DNA from: Auanema rhodensis
Taxonomy: Eukaryota > Animalia > Nematoda
Length of the DNA: 64,000 bases
Direction of reading: 5' to 3'
Assembly: GCA_964057225.1 (NCBI GenBank)
Contig: OZ059898.1
Span: 4,712,001-4,776,000 of the forward strand
Under the pieces are notes generated by a model. It was not told the DNA's origin and made no database searches. It saw only the letters and a program-made list of their open reading frames with translations. This document shows, piece by piece, positions 20,495 through 35,400 of the stretch (the first letter of the stretch is position 1; each line of letters opens with the position of its first letter). The position numbers were made by a program, and so were the translations under genes.

Positions 20495-23400
20495 CTATAA
20501 TTAAATAAAAATACTCTGAGGTTGGGTATTCAGATGTGCAGAATCTGAAGTTCTTAGTCAGATTTGGCTGTGACTTTTCAAATTTCCGGAAAAAAGGTTT
20601 ATATCGACCCCATCCACAAGATTTGTTCACAAAAAAGTTCAGGCTGTAGGCACGTTGTGTCCGGTGATTGTTCGATTTTGTCAAAGATTATTAACTATAA
20701 TCAAATAAAAATACTCTGAGGTTGGGTATTCAGATGTGCAGAATCTGAATTTCTTAGTCAGATTTGGCTGTGACTTTTCAAATTTCCGGAAAAAAGGTTT
20801 ATATCGACCCCATCCACAAGATTTGTTCACAAAAAAGTTCAGGCTGTAGGCACGTTGTGTCCGGTGATTGTTCGATTTTGTCAAAGATCAAAATCTATAA
20901 TCAAATAAAAATACTCTGAGGTTGGGTATTCAGATGTGCAGAATCTGAAGTTCTTAGTCAGATTTGGCTGTGACTTTTCAAATTTCCGGAAAAAAGGTTT
21001 ATATCGACCCCATCCACAAGATTTGTTCACAAAAAAGTTCAGGCTGTAGGCACGTTGTGTCCGGTGATTGTTCGATTTTGTCAAAGATCAAAATCTATAA
21101 TCAAATAAAAATACTCTGAGGTTGGGTATTCAGATGTGCAGAATCTGAAGTTCTTAGTCAGATTTGGCTGTGACTTTTCAAATTTCCGGAAAAAAGGTTT
21201 ATATCGACCCCATCCACAAGATTTGTTCACAAAAAAGTTCAGGCTGTAGGCACGTTGTGTCCGGTGATTGTTCGATTTTGTCAAAGATTATTAACTATAA
21301 TCAAATAAAAATACTCTGAGGTTGGGTATTCAGATGTGCAGAATCTGAAGTTCTTAGTCAGATTTGGCTGTGACTTTTCAAATTTCCGGAAAAAAGGTTT
21401 ATATCGACCCCATCCACAAGATTTGTTCACAAAAAAGTTCAGGCTGTAGGCACGTTGTGTCCGGTGATTGTTCGATTTTGTCAAAGATCAAAATCTATAA
21501 TCAAATAAAAATACTCTGAGGTTGGGTATTCAGATGTGCAGAATCTGAAGTTCTTAGTCAGATTTGGCTGTGACTTTTCAAATTTCCGGAAAAAAGGTTT
21601 ATATCGACCCCATCCACAAGATTTGTTCACAAAAAAGTTCAGGCTGTAGGCACGTTGTGTCCGGTGATTGTTCGATTTTGTCAAAGATTATTAACTATAA
21701 TCAAATAAAAATACTCTGAGGTTGGGTATTCAGATGTGCAGAATCTGAAGTTCTTAGTCAGATTTGGCTGTGACTTTTCAAATTTCCGGAAAAAAGGTTT
21801 ATATCGACCCCATCCACAAGATTTGTTCACAAAAAAGTTCAGGCTGTAGGCACGTTGTGTCCGGTGATTGTTCGATTTTGTCAAAGATTATTAACTATAA
21901 TCAAATAAAAATACTCTGAGGTTGGGTATTCAGATGTGCAGAATCTGAAGTTCTTAGTCAGATTTGGCTGTGACTTTTCAAATTTCCGGAAAAAAGGTTT
22001 ATATCGACCCCATCCACAAGATTTGTTCACAAAAAAGTTCAGGCTGTAGGCACGTTGTGTCCGGTGATTGTTCGATTTTGTCAAAGATTATTAACTATAA
22101 TCAAATAAAAATACTCTGAGGTTGGGTATTCAGATGTGCAGAATCTGAATTTCTTAGTCAGATTTGGCTGTGACTTTTCAAATTTCCGGAAAAAAGGTTT
22201 ATATCGACCCCATCCACAAGATTTGTTCACAAAAAAGTTCAGGCTGTAGGCACGTTGTGTCCGGTGATTGTTCGATTTTGTCAAAGATCATACACTATAA
22301 TCAAATAAAAATACTCTGAGGTTGGGTATTCAGATGTGCAGAATCTGAATTTCTTAGTCAGATTTGGCTGTGACTTTTCAAATTTCCGGAAAAAAGGTTT
22401 ATATCGACCCCATCCACAAGATTTGTTCACAAAAAAGTTCAGGCTGTAGGCACGTTGTGTCCGGTGATTGTTCGATTTTCTCAAAGATCAAAATCTATAA
22501 TCAAATAAAAATACTCTGAGGTTGGGTATTCAGATGTGCAGAATCTGAAGTTCTTAGTCAGATTTGGCTGTGACTTTTCAAATTTCCGGAAAAAAGGTTT
22601 ATATAGACCCCATCCACAAGATTTGTTCACAAAAAAGTTCAGGCTGTAGGCACGTTGTGTCCGGTGATTGTTCGATTTTCTCAAAGATCAAAATCTATAA
22701 TCAAATAAAAATACTCTGAGGTTGGGTATTCAGATGAGCAGAATCTGAAGTTCTTAGTCAGATTTGGCTGTGACTTTTCAAATTTCCGGAAAAAAGGATT
22801 ATATAGACCCCATCCACAAGATTTGTTCACAAAAAAGTTCAGGCTGTAGGCACGTTGTGTCCGGTGATTGTTCGATTTTGTCAAAGATTATTAACTATAA
22901 TCAAATAAAAATACTCTGAGGTTGGGTATTCAGATGTGCAGAATCTGAAGTTCTTAGTCAGATTTGGCTGTGACTTTTCAAGTTTCCGGAAAAAAGGATT
23001 ATATAGACCCCATCCACAAGATTTGTTCACAAAAAAGTTCAGGCTGTAGGCACGTTGTGTCCGGTGATTGTTCGATTTTGTCAAAGATTATTAACTATAA
23101 TCAAATAAAAATACTCTGAGGTTGGGTATTCAGATGTGCAGAATCTGAATTTCTTAGTCAGATTTGGCTGTGAGTTTTCAAATTTCCGGAAAAAAGGTTT
23201 ATATCAACACCATCCACAAGATTTGTTCACAAAAAAGTTCAGGCTGTAGGCACGTTGTGTCCGGTGATTGTTCGATTTTCTCAAAGATCAAAATCTATAA
23301 TTAAATAAAAATACTCTGAGGTTGGGTATTCAGATGTGCAGAATCTGAAGTTCTTAGTCAGATTTGGCTGTGACTTTTCAAATTTCCGGAAAAAAGGTTT

Positions 23401-26400
23401 ATATCAACACCATCCACAAGATTTGTTCACAAAAAACTTCAGGCTGTAGGCACGTTGTGTCCGGTGATTGTTCGATTTTCTCAAAGATCAAAATCTATAA
23501 TCAAATAAAAATACTCTGAGGTTGGGTATTCAGATGAGCAGAATCTGAAGTTCTTAGTCAGATTTGCCTGTGACTTTTCAAATTTCCGGAAAAAAGGTTT
23601 ATATGGACCCCATCCACAAGATTTGTTCACAAAAAAGTTCAGGCTGTAGGCACGTTGTGTCCGGTGATTGTTCGATTTTCTCAAAGATCAAAATCTATAA
23701 TCAAATAAAAATACTCTGAGGTTGGGTATTCAGATGTGCAGAATCTGAATTTCTTAGTCAGATTTGGCTGTGACTTTTCAAATTTCCGGAAAAAAGGTTT
23801 ATATCAACACCATCCACAAGATTTGTTCACAAAAAAGTTCAGGCTGTAGGCACGTTGTGTCCGGTGATTGTTCGATTTTCTCAAAGATCAAAATCTATAA
23901 TCAAATAAAAATACTCTGAGGTTGGGTATTCAGATGAGCAGAATCTGAAGTTCTTAGTCAGATTTGCCTGTGACTTTTCAAATTTCCGGAAAAAAGGTTT
24001 ATATAGACCCCATCCACATGATTTGTTCACAAAAAAGTTCAGGCTGTAGGCACGTTGTGTCCGGTGATTGTTCGATTTTCTCAAAGATCAAAATCTATAA
24101 TCAAATAAAAATACTCTGAGGTTGGGTATTCAGATGTGCAGAATCTGAAGTTCTTAGTCAGATTTGGCTGTGACTTTTCAAATTTCCGGAAAAAAGGTTT
24201 ATATAGACCCCATCCACAAGATTTGTTCACAAAAAAGTTCAGGCTGTAGGCACGTTGTGTCCGGTGATTGTTCGATTTTCTCAAAGATCAAAATCTATAA
24301 TCAAATAAAAATACTCTGAGGTTGGGTATTCAGATGTGCAGAATCTGAATTTCTTAGTCAGATTTGGCTGTGACTTTTCAAATTTCCGGAAAAAAGGTTT
24401 ATATAGACCCCATCCACATGATTTGTTCACAAAAAAGTTCAGGCTGTAGGCACGTTGTGTCCGGTGATTGTTCGATTTTCTCAAAGATCAAAATCTATAA
24501 TCAAATAAAAATACTCTGAGGTTGGGTATTCAGATGTGCAGAATCTGAAGTTCTTAGTCAGATTTGGCTGTGACTTTTCAAATTTCCGGAAAAAAGGTTT
24601 ATATCGACCCCATCCACATGATTTGTTCACAAAAAAGTTCAGGCTGTAGGCACGTTGTGTCCGGTGATTGTTCGATTTTCTCAAAGATCAAAATCTATAA
24701 TCAAATAAAAATACTCTGAGGTTGGGTATTCAGATGTGCAGAATCTGAATTTCTTAGTCAGATTTGGCTGTGACTTTTCAAATTTCCGGAAAAAAGGTTT
24801 ATATAGACCCCATCCACAAGATTTGTTCACAAAAAAGTTCAGGCTGTAGGCACGTTGTGTCCGGTGATTGTTCGATTTTCTCAAAGATCAAAATCTATAA
24901 TCAAATAAAAATACTCTGAGGTTGGGTATTCAGATGTGCAGAATCTGAATTTCTTAGTCAGATTTGGCTGTGACTTTTCAAATTTCCGGAAAAAAGGTTT
25001 ATATAGACCCCATCCACAAGATTTGTTCACAAAAAAGTTCAGGCTGTAGGCACGTTGTGTCCGGTGATTGTTCGATTTTCTCAAAGATCAAAATCTATAA
25101 TCAAATAAAAATACTCTGAGGTTGGGTATTCAGATGTGCAGAATCTGAAGTTCTTAGTCAGATTTGGCTGTGACTTTTCAAATTTCCGGAAAAAAGGTTT
25201 ATATCGACCCCATCCACAAGATTTGTTCACAAAAAAGTTCAGGCTGTAGGCACGTTGTGTCCGGTGATTGTTCGATTTTGTCAAAGATTATTAACTATAA
25301 TCAAATAAAAATACTCTGAGGTTGGGTATTCAGATGTGCAGAATCTGAATTTCTTAGTCAGATTTGGCTGTGACTTTTCAAATTTCCGGAAAAAAGGTTT
25401 ATATAGACCCCATCCACAAGATTTGTTCACAAAAAAGTTCAGGCTGTAGGCACGTTGTGTCCGGTGATTGTTCGATTTTCTCAAAGATCAAAATCTATAA
25501 TCAAATAAAAATACTCTGAGGTTGGGTATTCAGATGTGCAGAATCTGAACTTCTTAGTCAGATTTGGCTGTGACTTTTCAAATTTCCGGAAAAAAGGTTT
25601 ATATAGACCCCATCCACATGATTTGTTCACAAAAAAGTTCAGGCTGTAGGCACGTTGTGTCCGGTGATTGTTCGATTTTCTCAAAGATCAAAATCTATAA
25701 TCAAATAAAAATACTCTGAGGTTGGGTATTCAGATGTGCAGAATCTGAAGTTCTTAGTCAGATTTGGCTGTGACTTTTCAAATTTCCGGAAAAAAGGATT
25801 ATATAGACCCCATCCACAAGATTTGTTCACAAAAAAGTTCAGGCTGTAGGCACGTTGTGTCCGGTGATTGTTCGATTTTGTCAAAGATTATTAACTATAA
25901 TCAAATAAAAATACTCTGAGGTTGGGTATTCAGATGTGCAGAATCTGAAGTTCTTATTCAGATTTGGCTGTGACTTTTCAAATTTCCGGAAAAAAGGTTT
26001 ATATAGACCCCATCCACAAGATTTGTTCACAAAAAAGTTCAGGCTGTAGGCACGTTGTGTCCGGTGATTGTTCGATTTTCTCAAAGATCAAAATCTATAA
26101 TCAAATAAAAATACTCTGAGGTTGGGTATTCAGATGTGCAGAATCTGAATTTCTTAGTCAGATTTGGCTGTGACTTTTCAAATTTCCGGAAAAAAGGTTT
26201 ATATAGACCCCATCCACAAGATTTGTTCACAAAAAAGTTCAGGCTGTAGGCACGTTGTGTCCGGTGATTGTTCGATTTTGTCAAAGATTATTAACTATAA
26301 TCAAATAAAAATACTCTGAGGTTGGGTATTCAGATGTGCAGAATCTGAAGTTCTTAGTCAGATTTGGCTGTGACTTTTCAAATTTCCGGAAAAAAGGTTT

Positions 26401-29400
26401 ATATCAACACCATCCACAAGATTTGTTCACAAAAAAGTTCAGGCTGTAGGCACGTTGTGTCCGGTGATTGTTCGATTTTCTCAAAGATTATTAACTATAA
26501 TCAAATAAAAATACTCTGAGGTTGGGTATTCAGATGTGCAGAATCTGAACTTCTTAGTCAGATTTGGCTGTGACTTTTCAAATTTCCGGAAAAAAGGTTT
26601 ATATAGACCCCATCCACAAGATTTGTTCACAAAAAAGTTCAGGCTGTAGGCACGTTGTGTCCGGTGATTGTTCGATTTTGTCAAAGATCATACACTATAA
26701 TCAAATAAAAATACTCTGAGGTTGGGTATTCAGATGTGCAGAATCTGAAGTTCTTAGTCAGATTTGGCTGTGACTTTTCAAGTTTCCGGAAAAAAGGTTT
26801 ATATCGACCCCATCCACAAGATTTATTCACAAAAAAGTTCAGGCTGTAGGCACGTTGTGTCCGGTGATTGTTCGATTTTGTCAAAGATCATACACTATAA
26901 TTAAATAAAAATACTCTGAGGTTGGGTATTCAGATGTGCAGAATCTGAATTTCTTAGTCAGATTTGGCTGTGACTTTTCAAATTTCCGGAAAAAAGGTTT
27001 ATATAGACCCCATCCACAAGATTTGTTCACAAAAAAGTTCAGGCTGTAGGCACGTTGTGTCCGGTGATTGTTCGATTTTGTCAAAGATCATACACTATAA
27101 TCAAATAAAAATACTCTGAGGTTGGGTATTCAGATGTGCAGAATCTGAAGTTCTTAGTCAGATTTGGCTGTGACTTTTCAAGTTTCCGGAAAAAAGGTTT
27201 ATATCGACCCCATCCACAAGATTTATTCACAAAAAAGTTCAGGCTGTAGGCACGTTGTGTCCGGTGATTGTTCGATTTTGTCAAAGATCATACACTATAA
27301 TTAAATAAAAATACTCTGAGGTTGGGTATTCAGATGTGCAGAATCTGAATTTCTTAGTCAGATTTGGCTGTGACTTTTCAAATTTCCGGAAAAAAGGTTT
27401 ATATAGACCCCATCCACAAGATTTGTTCACAAAAAAGTTCAGGCTGTAGGCACGTTGTGTCCGGTGATTGTTCGATTTTCTCAAAGATCAAAATCTATAA
27501 TCAAATAAAAATACTCTGAGGTTGGGTATTCAGATGTGCAGAATCTGAATTTCTTAGTCAGATTTGGCTGTGACTTTTCAAATTTCCGGTAAAAAGGTTT
27601 ATATGGACCCCATCCACAAGATTTGTTCACAAAAAAGTTCAGACTGTAGGCACGTTGTGTCCGGTGATTGTTCGATTTTGTCAAAGATTATTGACTATAA
27701 TCAAATAAAAATACTCTGAGGTTGGGTATTCAGATGAGCAGAATCTGAAGTTCTTAGTCAGATTTGCCTGTGACTTTTCAAATTTCCGGAAAAAAGGTTT
27801 ATATCAACACCATCCACAAGATTTGTTCACAAAAAAGTTCAGGCTGTAGGCACGTTGTGTCCGGTGATTGTTCGATTTTGTCAAAGATCATACACTATAA
27901 TTAAATAAAAATACTCTGAGGTTGGGTATTCAGATGTGCAGAATCTGAATTTCTTAGTCAGATTTGGCTGTGACTTTTCAAATTTCCGGAAAAAAGGTTT
28001 ATATAGACCCCATCCACAAGATTTGTTCACAAAAAAGTTCAGGCTGTAGGCACGTTGTGTCCGGTGATTGTTCGATTTTCTCAAAGATCAAAATCTATAA
28101 TCAAATAAAAATACTCTGAGGTTGGGTATTCAGATGTGCAGAATCTGAATTTCTTAGTCAGATTTGGCTGTGACTTTTCAAATTTCCGGTAAAAAGGTTT
28201 ATATGGACCCCATCCACAAGATTTGTTCACAAAAAAGTTCAGACTGTAGGCACGTTGTGTCCGGTGATTGTTCGATTTTGTCAAAGATTATTGACTATAA
28301 TCAAATAAAAATACTCTGAGGTTGGGTATTCAGATGAGCAGAATCTGAAGTTCTTAGTCAGATTTGCCTGTGACTTTTCAAATTTCCGGAAAAAAGGTTT
28401 ATATCAACACCATCCACAAGATTTGTTCACAAAAAAGTTCAGACTGTAGGCACGTTGTGTCCGGTGATTGTTCGATTTTGTCAAAGATTATTGACTATAA
28501 TCAAATAAAAATACTCTGAGGTTGGGTATTCAGATGAGCAGAATCTGAAGTTCTTAGTCAGATTTGCCTGTGACTTTTCAAATTTCCGGAAAAAAGGTTT
28601 ATATCAACACCATCCACAAGATTTGTTCACAAAAAAGTTCAGACTGTAGGCACGTTGTGTCCGGTGATTGTTCGATTTTGTCAAAGATTATTAACTATAA
28701 TCAAATAAAAATACTCTGAGGTTGGGTATTCAGATGTGCAGAATCTGAAGTTCTTAGTCAGATTTGGCTGTGACTTTTCAAATTTCCGGAAAAAAGGATT
28801 ATATAGACCCCATCCACAAGATTTGTTCACAAAAAAGTTCAGACTGTAGGCACGTTGTGTCCGGTGATTGTTCGATTTTGTCAAAGATCATACACTATAA
28901 TTAAATAAAAATACTCTGAGGTTGGGTATTCAGATGAGCAGAATCTGAAGTTCTTAGTCAGATTTGCCTGTGACTTTTCAAATTTCCGGAAAAAAGGTTT
29001 ATATGGACCCCATCCACAAGATTTGTTCACAAAAAAGTTCAGGCTGTAGGCACGTTGTGTCCGGTGATTGTTCGATTTTGTCAAAGATCATACACTATAA
29101 TTAAATAAAAATACTCTGAGGTTGGGTATTCAGATGTGCAGAATCTGAAGTTCTTAGTCAGATTTGGCTGTGACTTTTCAAATTTCCGGAAAAAAGGTTT
29201 ATATAGACCCCATCCACAAGATTTGTTCACAAAAAAGTTCAGGCTGTAGGCACGTTGTGTCCGGTGATTGTTCGATTTTCTCAAAGATCAAAATCTATAA
29301 TCAAATAAAAATACTCTGAGGTTGGGTATTCAGATGTGCAGAATCTGAATTTCTTAGTCAGATTTGGCTGTGACTTTTCAAATTTCCGGAAAAAAGGTTT

Positions 29401-32400
29401 ATATAGACCCCATCCACAAGATTTGTTCACAAAAAAGTTCAGGCTGTAGGCACGTTGTGTCCGGTGATTGTTCGATTTTCTCAAAGATCAAAATCTATAA
29501 TCAAATAAAAATACTCTGAGGTTGGGTATTCAGATGTGCAGAATCTGAAGTTCTTAGTCAGATTTGCCTGTGACTTTTCAAATTTCCGGAAAAAAGGTTT
29601 ATATGGACCCCATCCACAAGATTTGTTCACAAAAAAGTTCAGGCTGTAGGCACGTTGTGTCCGGTGATTGTTCGATTTTCTCAAAGATCAAAATCTATAA
29701 TCAAATAAAAATACTCTGAGGTTGGGTATTCAGATGTGCAGAATCTGAATTTCTTAGTCAGATTTGGCTGTGACTTTTCAAATTTCCGGAAAAAAGGTTT
29801 ATATCAACACCATCCACAAGATTTGTTCACAAAAAAGTTCAGGCTGTAGGCACGTTGTGTCCGGTGATTGTTCGATTTTCTCAAAGATCAAAATCTATAA
29901 TCAAATAAAAATACTCTGAGGTTGGGTATTCAGATGAGCAGAATCTGAAGTTCTTAGTCAGATTTGCCTGTGACTTTTCAAATTTCCGGAAAAAAGGTTT
30001 ATATAGACCCCATCCACATGATTTGTTCACAAAAAAGTTCAGGCTGTAGGCACGTTGTGTCCGGTGATTGTTCGATTTTCTCAAAGATCAAAATCTATAA
30101 TCAAATAAAAATACTCTGAGGTTGGGTATTCAGATGTGCAGAATCTGAATTTCTTAGTCAGATTTGGCTGTGACTTTTCAAATTTCCGGAAAAAAGGTTT
30201 ATATAGACCCCATCCACATGATTTGTTCACAAAAAAGTTCAGGCTGTAGGCACGTTGTGTCCGGTGATTGTTCGATTTTCTCAAAGATCAAAATCTATAA
30301 TCAAATAAAAATACTCTGAGGTTGGGTATTCAGATGTGCAGAATCTGAATTTCTTAGTCAGATTTGGCTGTGACTTTTCAAATTTCCGGAAAAAAGGTTT
30401 ATATAGACCCCATCCACAAGATTTGTTCACAAAAAAGTTCAGGCTGTAGGCACGTTGTGTCCGGTGATTGTTCGATTTTCTCAAAGATCAAAATCTATAA
30501 TCAAATAAAAATACTCTGAGGTTGGGTATTCAGATGTGCAGAATCTGAAGTTCTTAGTCAGATTTGGCTGTGACTTTTCAAATTTCCGGAAAAAAGGTTT
30601 ATATCGACCCCATCCACAAGATTTGTTCACAAAAAAGTTCAGGCTGTAGGCACGTTGTGTCCGGTGATTGTTCGATTTTGTCAAAGATTATTAACTATAA
30701 TCAAATAAAAATACTCTGAGGTTGGGTATTCAGATGTGCAGAATCTGAATTTCTTAGTCAGATTTGGCTGTGACTTTTCAAATTTCCGGAAAAAAGGTTT
30801 ATATAGACCCCATCCACAAGATTTGTTCACAAAAAAGTTCAGGCTGTAGGCACGTTGTGTCCGGTGATTGTTCGATTTTCTCAAAGATCAAAATCTATAA
30901 TCAAATAAAAATACTCTGAGGTTGGGTATTCAGATGTGCAGAATCTGAACTTCTTAGTCAGATTTGGCTGTGACTTTTCAAATTTCCGGAAAAAAGGTTT
31001 ATATAGACCCCATCCACATGATTTGTTCACAAAAAAGTTCAGGCTGTAGGCACGTTGTGTCCGGTGATTGTTCGATTTTCTCAAAGATCAAAATCTATAA
31101 TCAAATAAAAATACTCTGAGGTTGGGTATTCAGATGTGCAGAATCTGAAGTTCTTAGTCAGATTTGGCTGTGACTTTTCAAATTTCCGGAAAAAAGGATT
31201 ATATAGACCCCATCCACAAGATTTGTTCACAAAAAAGTTCAGGCTGTAGGCACGTTGTGTCCGGTGATTGTTCGATTTTGTCAAAGATTATTAACTATAA
31301 TCAAATAAAAATACTCTGAGGTTGGGTATTCAGATGTGCAGAATCTGAAGTTCTTAGTCAGATTTGGCTGTGACTTTTCAAATTTCCGGAAAAAAGGTTT
31401 ATATAGACCCCATCCACAAGATTTGTTCACAAAAAAGTTCAGGCTGTAGGCACGTTGTGTCCGGTGATTGTTCGATTTTCTCAAAGATCAAAATCTATAA
31501 TCAAATAAAAATACTCTGAGGTTGGGTATTCAGATGTGCAGAATCTGAATTTCTTAGTCAGATTTGGCTGTGACTTTTCAAATTTCCGGAAAAAAGGTTT
31601 ATATAGACCCCATCCACAAGATTTGTTCACAAAAAAGTTCAGGCTGTAGGCACGTTGTGTCCGGTGATTGTTCGATTTTGTCAAAGATTATTAACTATAA
31701 TCAAATAAAAATACTCTGAGGTTGGGTATTCAGATGTGCAGAATCTGAAGTTCTTAGTCAGATTTGGCTGTGACTTTTCAAATTTCCGGAAAAAAGGTTT
31801 ATATCAACACCATCCACAAGATTTGTTCACAAAAAAGTTCAGGCTGTAGGCACGTTGTGTCCGGTGATTGTTCGATTTTCTCAAAGATTATTAACTATAA
31901 TCAAATAAAAATACTCTGAGGTTGGGTATTCAGATGTGCAGAATCTGAACTTCTTAGTCAGATTTGGCTGTGACTTTTCAAATTTCCGGAAAAAAGGTTT
32001 ATATAGACCCCATCCACAAGATTTGTTCACAAAAAAGTTCAGGCTGTAGGCACGTTGTGTCCGGTGATTGTTCGATTTTGTCAAAGATCATACACTATAA
32101 TCAAATAAAAATACTCTGAGGTTGGGTATTCAGATGTGCAGAATCTGAAGTTCTTAGTCAGATTTGGCTGTGACTTTTCAAGTTTCCGGAAAAAAGGTTT
32201 ATATCGACCCCATCCACAAGATTTATTCACAAAAAAGTTCAGGCTGTAGGCACGTTGTGTCCGGTGATTGTTCGATTTTGTCAAAGATCATACACTATAA
32301 TTAAATAAAAATACTCTGAGGTTGGGTATTCAGATGTGCAGAATCTGAATTTCTTAGTCAGATTTGGCTGTGACTTTTCAAATTTCCGGAAAAAAGGTTT

Positions 32401-35400
32401 ATATAGACCCCATCCACAAGATTTGTTCACAAAAAAGTTCAGGCTGTAGGCACGTTGTGTCCGGTGATTGTTCGATTTTCTCAAAGATCAAAATCTATAA
32501 TCAAATAAAAATACTCTGAGGTTGGGTATTCAGATGTGCAGAATCTGAATTTCTTAGTCAGATTTGGCTGTGACTTTTCAAATTTCCGGTAAAAAGGTTT
32601 ATATGGACCCCATCCACAAGATTTGTTCACAAAAAAGTTCAGACTGTAGGCACGTTGTGTCCGGTGATTGTTCGATTTTGTCAAAGATTATTGACTATAA
32701 TCAAATAAAAATACTCTGAGGTTGGGTATTCAGATGAGCAGAATCTGAAGTTCTTAGTCAGATTTGCCTGTGACTTTTCAAATTTCCGGAAAAAAGGTTT
32801 ATATCAACACCATCCACAAGATTTGTTCACAAAAAAGTTCAGACTGTAGGCACGTTGTGTCCGGTGATTGTTCGATTTTGTCAAAGATTATTGACTATAA
32901 TCAAATAAAAATACTCTGAGGTTGGGTATTCAGATGAGCAGAATCTGAAGTTCTTAGTCAGATTTGCCTGTGACTTTTCAAATTTCCGGAAAAAAGGTTT
33001 ATATCAACACCATCCACAAGATTTGTTCACAAAAAAGTTCAGACTGTAGGCACGTTGTGTCCGGTGATTGTTCGATTTTGTCAAAGATTATTAACTATAA
33101 TCAAATAAAAATACTCTGAGGTTGGGTATTCAGATGTGCAGAATCTGAAGTTCTTAGTCAGATTTGGCTGTGACTTTTCAAATTTCCGGAAAAAAGGATT
33201 ATATAGACCCCATCCACAAGATTTGTTCACAAAAAAGTTCAGACTGTAGGCACGTTGTGTCCGGTGATTGTTCGATTTTGTCAAAGATCATACACTATAA
33301 TTAAATAAAAATACTCTGAGGTTGGGTATTCAGATGAGCAGAATCTGAAGTTCTTAGTCAGATTTGCCTGTGACTTTTCAAATTTCCGGAAAAAAGGTTT
33401 ATATGGACCCCATCCACAAGATTTGTTCACAAAAAAGTTCAGGCTGTAGGCACGTTGTTTCCGGTGATTGTTCGATTTTGTCAAAGATCATACACTATAA
33501 TTAAATAAAAATACTCTGAGGTTGGGTATTCAGATGAGCAGAATCTGAAGTTCTTAGTCAGATTTGCCTGTGACTTTTCAAATTTCCGGAAAAAAGGTTT
33601 ATATGGACCCCATCCACAAGATTTGTTCACAAAAAAGTTCAGGCTGTAGGCACGTTGTTTCCGGTGATTGTTCGATTTTGTCAAAGATCATACACTATAA
33701 TTAAATAAAAATACTCTGAGGTTGGGTATTCAGATGAGCAGAATCTGAAGTTCTTAGTCAGATTTGCCTGTGACTTTTCAAATTTCCGGAAAAAAGGTTT
33801 ATATGGACCCCATCCACAAGATTTGTTCACAAAAAAGTTCAGGCTGTAGGCACGTTGTTTCCGGTGATTGTTCGATTTTGTCAAAGATCATACACTATAA
33901 TTAAATAAAAATACTCTGAGGTTGGGTATTCAGATGAGCAGAATCTGAAGTTCTTAGTCAGATTTGCCTGTGACTTTTCAAATTTCCGGAAAAAAGGTTT
34001 ATATGGACCCCATCCACAAGATTTGTTCACAAAAAAGTTCAGGCTGTAGGCACGTTGTTTCCGGTGATTGTTCGATTTTGTCAAAGATCATACACTATAA
34101 TTAAATAAAAATACTCTGAGGTTGGGTATTCAGATGAGCAGAATCTGAAGTTCTTAGTCAGATTTGCCTGTGACTTTTCAAATTTCCGGAAAAAAGGTTT
34201 ATATCGACCCCATCCACAAGATTTGTTCACAAAAAAGTTCAGGCTGTAGGCACGTTGTGTCCGGTGATTGTTCGATTTTGTCAAAGATCAAAATCTATAA
34301 TCAAATAAAAATACTCTGAGGTTGGGTATTCAGATGTGCAGAATCTGAAGTTCTTAGTCAGATTTGGCTGTGACTTTTCAAATTTCCGGAAAAAAGGATT
34401 ATATAGACCCCATCCACAAGATTTGTTCACAAAAAAGTTCAGACTGTAGGCACGTTGTGTCCGGTGATTGTTCGATTTTGTCAAAGATTATTAACTATAA
34501 TCAAATAAAAATACTCTGAGGTTGGGTATTCAGATGTGCAGAATCTGAAGTTCTTAGTCAGATTTGGCTGTGACTTTTCAAATTTCCGGAAAAAAGGATT
34601 ATATAGACCCCATCCACAAGATTTGTTCACAAAAAAGTTCAGACTGTAGGCACGTTGTGTCCGGTGATTGTTCGATTTTCTCAAAGATCAAAATCTATAA
34701 TCAAATAAAAATACTCTGAGGTTGGGTATTCAGATGTGCAGAATCTGAATTTCTTAGTCAGATTTGGCTGTGACTTTTCAAATTTCCGGAAAAAAGGATT
34801 ATATAGACCCCATCCACAAGATTTGTTCACAAAAAAGTTCAGACTGTAGGCACGTTGTGTCCGGTGATTGTTCGATTTTGTCAAAGATTATTAACTATAA
34901 TCAAATAAAAATACTCTGAGGTTGGGTATTCAGATGTGCAGAATCTGAATTTCTTAGTCAGATTTGGCTGTGACTTTTCAAATTTCCGGAAAAAAGGTTT
35001 ATATCAACACCATCCACAAGATTTGTTCACAAAAAAGTTCAGACTGTAGGCACGTTGTGTCCGGTGATTGTTCGATTTTGTCAAAGATTATTAACTATAA
35101 TCAAATAAAAATACTCTGAGGTTGGGTATTCAGATGTGCAGAATCTGAAGTTCTTAGTCAGATTTGGCTGTGACTTTTCAAATTTCCGGAAAAAAGGTTT
35201 ATATCAACACCATCCACAAGATTTGTTCACAAAAAAGTTCAGACTGTAGGCACGTTGTGTCCGGTGATTGTTCGATTTTGTCAAAGATTATTAACTATAA
35301 TCAAATAAAAATACTCTGAGGTTGGGTATTCAGATGTGCAGAATCTGAAGTTCTTAGTCAGATTTGGCTGTGACTTTTCAAATTTCCGGAAAAAAGGTTT

